The position numbers and the translations under genes were made by a program. From NCBI GenBank assembly GCA_012295275.1, contig CM022665.1:35278001-35342000 (forward strand): 64,000 nucleotides of DNA, written 5' to 3'. A model generated the notes under the pieces. The model did no database searches. It was not told the origin of the DNA and was given only the letters and a program-made list of their open reading frames with translations. Within the stretch, counting starts at the first letter, position 1. Each line of letters opens with the position of its first letter. The DNA comes from Chrysomallon squamiferum. Lineage: Eukaryota; Animalia; Mollusca. Positions 53,521-64,000 of this stretch are shown here, piece by piece.

Positions 53521-54834
53521 CAGTAATTTTACACTTCTTGAGAAGATCATTAAAAAGAAATGTGTTTAGTGAAACAAACATAAAAATAATACTTAGTATC
53601 TCCTATGGAGATTCAGGTGTTTGTCAGTCTTACTGGAACTATGACTGAAACTAGTTCTAGAACTGTTAAGATCTGTGTTATTGTATACTGAGCTGTGACA
53701 AGGTTTTAATTTGTGAAACTAATAAAATATCAGGTTAGTATATTTGAAAGTAACAGTGCTGGGTTTTTTTTGCTTTAAATCTTTGTTTTATTTTTGTATA
53801 ATCCAGGTGAAAGAAACATCTTCAATTTTTAATGCTTCTGTTACATGTTTTTAATTTTTGTGTTCATCTATAATGAATTTTTAATTTTTACTAATAAAAT
53901 TTTATTGTTTAAGGGCTTCAGTACCATTATATTGTTTTCCATTACAAGATATTGACTGGTTTTAAAATACAGTTTGAATTATGGTCACACAAATCAGTTT
54001 TTAAAACCATCACATGTTCATACATGCCCAATTTGGTAATTTTAATTGAAACATTTTTTTAAAGATTATTTATAAAGAAACTGAAATCAAAACTTTTGAT
54101 ATTTTTAAAAACATTTGTATTTGTATTTTTTTTATTTTTAAATTGTCAGTTGATTTTGACAAAATTTTCATGGCAATGCATTTCAAGGATGTAATAAATT
54201 GTTCATGCAGTCAGATACATCAGAGTTCTGTTTGGCAATCGAAATTTATTGAACAAAATGATGAATTAATGTATTATTTTATTTAACACTTAACAGAAAG
54301 TAAATTTTAAACTTGGCAGGTATGATAAATCTGCATAAAATACACTTATCTTTGTTTAATAAATTTGTGTTAACAATTTAATTAGTTTGTTATAATTCTT
54401 AATTGCAGATTTATGTGATAACTGCTTTCAGATTTGTTAAAACTGTTAGTTCATTTTAAAATGCACATCTATATTTGTTATCTATATGTACACACACACA
54501 CAGCTTTTCCACATTGTTATTGTCCAGTTACTGTTTTAATACTTTTGTAAATATAAAATACTCAGACAGTAGCTTTAGTTGTTTTTTTTGTGTTTTTTTA
54601 AAATATTGATTCTATTTATTCAAACATTCTAAAGATTCTTTTGGTCGAACATGCAAACACATTTTGTGTCCTTTAAATCTGGTTTGTCCTTAGTAAGCTA
54701 TCTTTATTAATAATAATTTAACAATAATATATGGAGGTTCAAATTTTCTTTTTTATTGTGTCATTTCATTCATAAAAGCCATTAAAAAAAATTATAAGAC
54801 TGCAGATAACCTAAACATTCTCAAATTAGAAAAC

Positions 54835-54872
<38 letters not shown>

Positions 54873-57507
54873 TAAATATAAATTTGTATGTAAGGAATAT
54901 GTCAACTGTCAATAATAGAATAGATTTATTTATTTGATTTTTAGCTTCTTTTTTTTTATTATATGTTTTTAATCATACAGAGAAATCCAGTTTGAGATGG
55001 TTTATAGAAACTTGTATTCTTTCCACACTGCATTTTATACAGATGTACATTATATATTACTAGCATATTCTAGGTGTATTTTGCATAAATCAGTATCTCC
55101 AAAAGATCTTTAAATATGATGAATTGATAAGAAATGTATTAGAAAAACAATTATCTATTAAATAAACATCATTCTTGCCTTATTTATTGTGCATTCCCCA
55201 TTGTTGCTTTATTTTTTCTCTGTTTTTTTTTTTTTTTCATTTATACATACTTCTATCCAGGATTTCAGAATAGGCATTATTATTATTATTATTATTGTTG
55301 TTGTTGTTATTTAATACATGATTACTTCTATAAAGGGCTATTATAAATCAAGTGAGTAAGGTTGTGTTGTTTCATTCTTCCAATATTGGTAAAGCCACAA
55401 AATGTATGCTTATGTGCTAGTCATTATGCAAAGGTCATATATACATTTCATTCATGCAGATCAGCTTGTGGCTGATAATAAAATACAACATTAATTTATT
55501 TTTGTTTGTTCTTTGTTTTTTTTCTACCATTTTGCCTTTTTATTTTATTGAACACTTAATTTGGTCTTCCATTGAGTGGTATTTTCTATTTTAAGAAAGA
55601 AGAAAAAAGACATTACCCACTGATTTATTTTAATGTGAATGATCAATTCTGTTTTCATTAAAATAATGGCTATAAAGCAAAAAATACATAAGTAACACTT
55701 GGATTACAATCTGCTTATATCGTAATATTGTAGTGATCTCTGGGAATGAAATACATGTACTCTGATTTCATGTTGGTAGCTAATTACTTCTTAATTTTAA
55801 AACTAGTTTCATACAGTTATGAAAGTTTAAAGGTAATCCTTTCTGTACCTTTTACCAGCTGAAGAACACAAATCAAAGTCACTGTGTTTGTTAAAAAACA
55901 ATGATACTGAAAAGATGTGCTTTTTAATGCAGTGAGAAACAAAAATTGAATGAACAATTTATTTGTGGAGTTCTACAATGTATAAAATCATACTGAACCA
56001 TCAATGTATTTAATACATTTTTTCCCACAATAAAACATGGTCATGTCTGGGGGGAAAAAAAATGAAATAACAAATTAAATGAATTTTAATAAAAGTAAAT
56101 TTGTAAGTCACATGTTATTTTACAAGTTATGTATATGTATTCATAGCATCATAAATTACATAACTAAATATAGCCACATTTTATGATAAATGTTCACTTC
56201 TGTTACATGTAATGCATTTCATTTATAGTTAAAGGTAATGTATAATTGAGTAGTTGGTATGAATAAAATATTCCTACCTTTACAAAAAAGGAATTAAAAC
56301 TACATATGAATATGTTAATGCATCTTCAGCTATTATTTCATTATAAATGAAATACTTGCTTTAAGTAGCAGTCAGTTTGACAAATGCACAGTACTTCTGT
56401 ATCATGGATGTCAGAATATGACTTATAATACATTCACCAGTCTGTGACTACACATTTAAAATAATAATAATAATAATAAAAAATAAACAAAAATGAATAA
56501 AAAGTTTTTTTTATACATTCTAGAGCTCCAGAGAACTACAAACCACTTGCCTAAAAAATTATTGATAAAGACAATTTTTTCTTACAATAATATTACTTAA
56601 GATTTCCATGTGAAAAAAAGTTATTTTGGTATATTGATATGATGTCTTTTCAGACCAAATATGAACTGATGTATTGACATCTTAAAATAAAAACTTGAAA
56701 TAAAATAAGAAATGAAACTAATAAAAATCTGTACAATGATTCCATAAAATATCACTAACTCGTCACAAAAAATCACTAAAATTAATCTTTATCTGAAAAT
56801 TAAAGGGGTTCCTAATTGTGTATATAATGTAAAACATGAAATTAATGCTTCTTAAAATAATGCAGCCTCACAGAAAAGTGTATTAATTAATTTAGATATT
56901 ATTTGTTTTATTCTTTTGTTTCCCCAAAGAGTGTAATACTCATACTGAACAGTCTGAAGTTTTTATTTACAGAAGAAACACTAATCCCTTGAGTATGACA
57001 ATTTAAATTATTTTCTTCACCATGTTATGTAATATGATCCTTCTGAAATAATAAAATGCTTTGCTGTTGCTGTTATTGATAATTAGCTGTAAATGCTAAG
57101 CAGGCTTTGCATAGTGCCATTGCAGTGTCAAAACAATGGACTGCACTGCTAGTATCAGTTTTCAATATCCTTAACAATTAAGCTGATTGGGTTACAATTA
57201 TTCAGAGGAACCTTGTGTTAATAGACTATTTACTCATTGCCACTTTTAACTGTGCTCATCCGAGTGGAAAAAACAAAGAAAACAAACACAAACTTGTGGA
57301 TTATTGACTAACTAAATGTATAAGATTATTCCTTTTTATATAGTGCTTAATATTCCTACACTGGAATATGTGAATTAAACTCTAGTTCCTAAATTTATGT
57401 ATTTCTCCACTTTGTTTATTTTAGGCTATTTAACAAACACCTTTTTCACATTTGTTTAACTCATGAATTAATTTTATGATTTACAGTAGTTTTATGAAAA
57501 GTAAAAA

Positions 57508-60500
57508 TCAGTTATCCTTTTTAAATTTTGAACTGTTAATTAAATTAATAAGATTTAATTTTATACCAGTAAAATTATTATGATCTATTTTTTTCACTAC
57601 TACTCCAGTCCATAGACAGAAGGCAAAAGCAATAGCTAAGATTAATTTTGCCAATGTCAGTACAGAGAATATGCATGCTTCTGTGTCATAAGCAGACTGA
57701 CTCAGCAGGTAAAGCAAAATGAGCAGAACAAGTGACTGGAACTGGAAAAAACTCCCATCAGAGACAGACTGTTGTAATCCACGATCAATGATTTCAATGG
57801 CTTCCAGAAGATTTGAATTACGTTGTGATTCAGAATGATATTCATTAGTTGGATCTAAAAAAAATTAAAATTATTTTATGTTTTCTTAGACATCTGCAAA
57901 CAAAGATTATTAAACATTTGGAAAATATTTTGTATTCTGTAAATAAAGAAACCCATCTTGTTTTAAAGCAAATGTTTTTTAGATTTAAAATAGGGATACT
58001 GAAAATAATGTTTGATAAGGTGTCTTTCTATCTGTTGCTATTTCTCTGTTTATATAGCTTAGTGTTTAACTATCAAAATAAAAATTCAGGTATATAAATA
58101 TGATAAATAAGTAATTTCAGGTAAATATTTAATGGAGTGTACAAGTGAATGTTTTGCTAACAAAGTATTTACACTTAAATGCTTATTTATAAATAATTAA
58201 TTATAAAAAAGTGAAAACTTACTTTTTGTTTCTGATGACTTTTCTACTGTAAATGTAGCTTCCACCGCATTGTGGTCAGAATAGTTGTATACCTTTCCAG
58301 GAATACGTCCCATTGTCACAACTGCCTCTTCCACACAGATCTTTCTACCTACAGCATTCAATTTTTTTGTACTGTAATTTCTCTCAACATCTATACACTA
58401 GGAGGAGGGCGATAATACTTGCTTAAAAGAACCTCTACCTGATTATTTAATACAAGATATATGATTAACAGTACATTAGCATTAATAGAAATTTTGTTTT
58501 CCATATACAGACTGAAATAAGATAAAGTATTTATCACTGTCCTTGATCCAGCAGTTGTTAATTCTAGCTGAAACATGGATGTATTGGATAACTAAGTACA
58601 TGTTTCTTTAGAAAGATTTCAGAAATAAGACTGTCAGACTTGCCTGGATTTGCTCGAAACATGATGTAGTCTATCCGTTGGCCTTCTGGATATTCTCTTT
58701 TGTTTGATTTGCTGGTATAACAGTTGGTTGGCAAATCACATGTGTTCCCTTTCTTGTTCCCAGTTGTTATCTTCTGATTTAAAAAATTAGATTCAGTTTT
58801 TAGAGAAAAAAAAATTAGATTTTATTCTGAGCAAGCAGTTTTTCACATTTTAAGTACTAAAATAAATATCTAGAATTGGATATCAATAAAAATAAAAAAA
58901 TAAAAATTATAGAAGTTTGAAAAAACAATGGGAAATTGATTTTTTTAAATAATATTTTTGGTCAATCCTCTCTCCTCTGTCAGCAATATATACATCATGC
59001 TACTTGTAACCTGAACTGTAGTTCCAATGCAACAAAACTCTCTCTGCATTTTTAAACTGTATTGTACCAGTTGTGTGTTTTCAGATCTTGGAAGGGGAAA
59101 ATTTCAAAAACTTGGTTGTTATTTATCAGGCTTATATTAGAGATTTGAGCATGTTAGTAATAGAGATGTTTTCTATGCTTTTTAATATTAATAATGAATT
59201 ATCATTATTAAATAACCATAATATAATTTATTTAATATAACAATCTATTTTAGCAGTAATATTTGCTAATATATGCACTCTCCCCAACATGAAGATCATT
59301 AATTTCATAGCAACTGCTTGACTTGTTTGTTAATTAAACAATTAACAGTTATTTATTTGTGACACTAAATAGCACATTTCTTTTTAAACAGTTTTGCTAA
59401 TCCTCCATCTATGCAAATCAGAGATTTTCTGTATTGTTATTTTTTATCTGAAATATAATCTAGTTAATCTACAGTGAGAATTATCACTAGTAAATAGTCC
59501 CTGCTTAACAGTGGCAAACCTTTTCAGTCCAGCTGTCAAGGAGATTTCCATTGTTCAGTAGAATCTGGTAGCTCAGGTCACTTGGCTTGGTGTTCAGATC
59601 ACCAGCGAGAATAACAACATCACAAGTCTCAGATGTACTCCTTATGAACTGACTCAATTCAATACACTGAGCTAATCTGTGTGTGAAATATTCATCACAA
59701 CTCTGACAGTATTCAGCATGAATCTTAACGAAAAATAAATAAAAAGATTATGAATTTATATATACCTAGCATATCTATTTAAAAAAAGAGAAAGAAACAT
59801 TTATTAACTAAGTGTTTTTCTTTTAATAGTTTATTCAAAAATAAATGTGTTAATCCTCAGAAAACATACATTATTAATTTAATTTATATTCATAATGAAA
59901 GGTTTGTTCTTTGAAACAGAATGATGTAATTTATAAATTGTATATCAACACATTTATTTTTAAGACCAAAAGAAGTAAATAAAATATTTTGTTTAAAAAT
60001 CCATTTTCATGATATTCTCACTACATTTTACACACATTTACCTACTCAACTGAAATAATTTGATTCTCACATGTGTGGCATACAGATTGACTTTAAAACC
60101 TTTCACCACAATCTTACACAGACCAACACCTTTTCCTGCAAACCAGTCACCATGATGTATCTTGTGAGCAAATCCATTTAAGCTGTAGCGGGAAAACATT
60201 GTTTCTCCAATAGGAAACTTAGAAAAAACACAACAACCACTGCCAATCAGTCCACTAAAACATAAAATTCATAATAATATCAATAACAACAAATGAGAAC
60301 TATAAAAATAAATAAATAAAAGAATCAATGAAAAATAAATCAACAACAATACACCATCATTTCAGAAAATTGTGGAGATAAAGAAAAAAGCTTAAATTAA
60401 TTTTGTATAATAAATGTAATTATGTGATAATTTTTTTAAAAACTGTCCAAAACTTCAAGCTTCATTTCAAAACTTCATGTTGTGTATATATATATATATA

Positions 60501-61130
60501 TTTTTTTTTTTTTAAGTTTTCTATAAAGACAAATTAAACATGCTCTCACCTATAAAAGTAGTGTGAATAAGGTAAAACATGTTTTGTTTTCTCACATAAT
60601 ATTTTGTAGTCACAGCTGAGCCAAATCTTGAAGAAAAAATAACTTATTTTACAGATGAAAAATAGTGTTCAAAATGTATTAATTCTTTATTTTGATAATA
60701 AAAAAAATCATTCATAAATCATTTACTAGTTATTAAATCTGTACTAAACTTTAGAATTTGACAACACTGAAAATTTAACTGCTCATATGATAAAGTATTA
60801 TTAAACATAACTATTACAGAATTATCTAAAATATTTTGTTTATGATATATTAGTATATATATAATTTATTAATACCTCTTGCAGTATAACCAGATCATAG
60901 TCTTTTTTTGAAAGTTCCTCACCAATTGATACCATACGATCATGACGATTTTTGCAGAGGATTGGTATGGGAATTCCCCTGTGAAAAAAGTCAGATTATT
61001 GCTATTTTTCTAAAATATTATTTCAATACAAATCATCTAATGTTTCAAAGGCATACGAGTTATCAAAAAAAAAAAAAAAATATTGGCTTAACAAAATTAA
61101 TTTTTATTTTCTTTAAAAACACTTCAAATC

Positions 61131-61173
<43 letters not shown>

Positions 61174-61240
61174 AGAATGTAGTAACAAGATTTATTTGAA
61201 CTTACCAGCAGTTCAGTGTTAAAATTTTTAATGTTGTCAT
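57508..61240 (-). CDS. SMPD2: neutral sphingomyelinase 1 / sphingomyelin phosphodiesterase 2 (~401 aa)
   Basis: Exons (minus) 61206-61240, 60876-60978, 60550-60626, 60071-60254, 59520-59723, 58644-58773, 58223-58348, 57508-57854 (1206 nt). Motifs LTLNCWGIP, LQEIW, SGLIGSGCCVFSKFP, HHGDWFAGKGVG, THIHAEY, LAGDLN, RIDYIMF, YSDH, then two C-terminal hydrophobic segments. Confidence 0.96.
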
Positions 61241-62099
61241 TTTGCCTGCAATTAAGAATTATAATAGACACAGAACAGTAAGAAGTATAAAAATTATGCA
61301 CCATTAATATATGTTTAGACATAAGATGATGGCAGTAAGGTGTTTGTGTGAAAAAGGAATTAAATGCATACATTGGCAGTGCAAATGAATTTAAATGGTT
61401 TCACAACACACATTTTTAAATTTGATTGCACAGCAGTCTCAAGATTGTACAAGGTCCTGTGCTATCTTGTAATGTTGACTTGGCACTTATCTTTAGCATC
61501 ATAAATCTATGCCTAACCAAAACTATGGGAACAGCTGTAAACATCATTTCACTCCCTGTTTTGAAAGAATCAAAACTAGTGTCATACAGAATGCCAAACT
61601 TGTCAGTAGTATTAAATTTAATTATATATTTGTTTTTAAAATGTTCTTTGTCTCTTTATTTAATTATATCCTAGATCGGTGAATGTTCCTTATTTTAAAC
61701 ACATATTATGTTTGTATTCAGTTTATATGCTAATGTACATTAGTATATAATTTTTATATTAATTGTATTAAGAAAATACCTGTCCCTCAAATTCGGGGTG
61801 GGGGAGCCCTTGTTATATATAAATACAAATTCGTTTTGATACAGTTGGTGAAAATGTGTGTTATCTTATCATCAAATTAATAATTATGATTTACATACAT
61901 GTATGAGATTTTCAATAAAATGAATGTTTTGTAGTGTTGAAGAGCACAGTAAGTTTTGATGATGATAAGTTTTCAAATTCCGATTTCTTTGCTATTTTCA
62001 ATGTAGGAAGATCCGTAATGCTAAAAACAAAAATTATGTGGCCTGAAAGTCCATAGGAATCCGAGTACACAAAAGCATACTGAACTCCAAATTGAAGTA

Positions 62100-62240
62100 C
62101 TAATGGATATGCCCTGCGCAATCTGGAGAATGCCACGCCTTTTACCGATCGTAGGAAAGCACAGCGCAATTTTAAGATAGTGCAGACCTGCCAATCGTGC
62201 GGAACGTATACGTCACATGTAAGTTATGACACTACCACAA
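62100..62240 (-). promoter_or_regulatory. probable SMPD2 promoter region
   Basis: CpG-rich patch ~0.9 kb upstream of the ATG exon, with a candidate donor CAG|GTATTT at 61780/61779 and the acceptor TGCAG just before the ATG exon. Confidence 0.4.
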
Positions 62241-64000
62241 ACAATAACATATACGTTATTAGTTTTGTTTTTCATTAACTCGTATAGCTGTAGCAACATT
62301 AATATTTAATAATTATATATCAGTTGTTGTTAGTAAACTAAAAAAAAATCGTGAAACAAATTAATTTCTAATTATTGATTAATGTGAACTAAACTACTAC
62401 CTGTACAGTGTACGTATAAAATATTCTTTTAATAGCTTCTGTTGTTGTGCATTTTAAGTTATCGCCCTTGCTGATCCACTGTGTAAAAAGTCCGATATAA
62501 AAATTCCTGAGATCCGTATTCAATTCATTCAATGAAATTCATGACCATTGACAGTATATTTAATTATTTATTTCAAAATTAATTTTCTTTTGATTGAAAA
62601 CTTCCCATACGAAATGTTTTTTTTTGTGACTCAATGTAAAAAAATTACAAGAAAATTTGTGTCTATTAAATATGTATCATAGTAATATGAAAATTAAAAT
62701 TAAATTAATCTCACCAGAACAAAAAATATTTAAGAAATTTTTGATGTATTCTTATTGTATATGATTTTATACTACTGGGCTATTCCTAATATTAAATCAT
62801 TTTTCATTCTTTTTTTCAAGCATCTATTGTGATGCTGTTTGTTATTTCAATATAAACCTTTGCTAATAATAATAAATTACATTAAAATAATGAGCCAGAC
62901 TGTAGTGAGGTGCAACAAATTATTCCTCCTTTTCTTTTCTTTTTAAAAAATAAACTTCATTAAACATGCAACTTGTTCATGACAAGCTGGTCTTTGGTGT
63001 AAATAAAATGGAATGAAAGACAAGTGAACAGTCTCTCTATCTCATCTGTTTGTCTCATTGTGTCTTTGTCTTTTCTACTTGTCTCTCACTCTACATAAAT
63101 GTCAGTTTATCTAAACAGTCTAGTTGTCTATCCATCCATTCATATAACACAGAGTACTCAAATTGTCTGAAAGAACTTGAGGAACCCATGACTTTCATGC
63201 AGTGAATTAATGAGTCAGTGAAAATGAATGATGAGAAAACTGACGAACAAAATAATAAAAAGTAGCAATTAAGCAATATATTCATCTAAATATCCTTGCT
63301 TTTTAATTTTAAACAACGTGTGTATCTTTATTTTGTCATAATTTTTGTTGCTGTTTGTAGTGAATGCATAGTATTTGTTAATAACTTAACAGCCACTTGT
63401 GGGCTTTTAATTTTCCGTATTATCAACAAAAAATGAAGCTTTTTGTTTGTATACACTCTATCTTGTTTTAGCCTGTTTTATGGAAGGATTAATTATCCAG
63501 TTTCATCTAAACAATATAAATTTCTGAGTGCTAACTATTTGAAAATTGAATATATATTTTAAATGCAAAACTAAAATAATTAAACATAATTCAAATTTGT
63601 ATTATAATGTAATGCAATTTTATAAATTATTACATTATTTCAAAAATATATATATATATATTTTATTTTTTACCTGTTGCTGTACTTTCCCCCCCCCCAA
63701 AAAAAGAAGAAAAATGCACTTTCACCTGAAAAATGCTTTTCATAACATTATAAAACCAAATGTATGGAAATAACACACGTAAATCGTATTCAGCATACAT
63801 TACTTTTAGATCTATTCATATCCATGTTGGTAAGCATAATTAATTGTTGCCTTTTAGGTGCTAATATTATTATAAACGACCACGCAATGCACTACTTTTT
63901 TATTTTTCTCGTCAGAAGGTCTGCTCACGTTTCAATCCTTACAATCGTCCATCCAAACTATATAATATACATCTTACATTAGCATGTCTCTATCACGAAC

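Noticed and set aside
53518-53526. MICAL stop in TGA-CAG readthrough-like context
   Set aside because: An in-frame TAA follows after one codon, so there is no meaningful extension.

Overview
AT-rich eukaryotic (metazoan, probably molluscan/lophotrochozoan) genomic DNA with five intron-containing protein-coding genes: RPL13A (minus, 3' end runs off the left edge), ISCU (minus), a 2xBIR-RING inhibitor-of-apoptosis gene (plus, head-to-head with ISCU), a ~2170-aa MICAL monooxygenase (plus, 27 coding exons) and neutral sphingomyelinase SMPD2 (minus, with one GC-AG intron). Between IAP and MICAL lie an internally deleted Tigger/pogo transposon, a Tc1/mariner-type MITE with an adjacent 80-bp perfect foldback, and an old hAT-type MITE. 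The most interesting part is the RPL13A intron set. It holds at least six box C/D snoRNAs: three SNORD33-like copies in one intron sharing an invariant orphan D' guide, two SNORD34-like copies in one intron, and a SNORD34-related guide shifted to a new predicted 28S site. Candidate poison exons and AG|GT sites sit between them and might split the multi-snoRNA introns. All gene models were assembled by eye from splice consensus and reading-frame continuity; no database searches were run.
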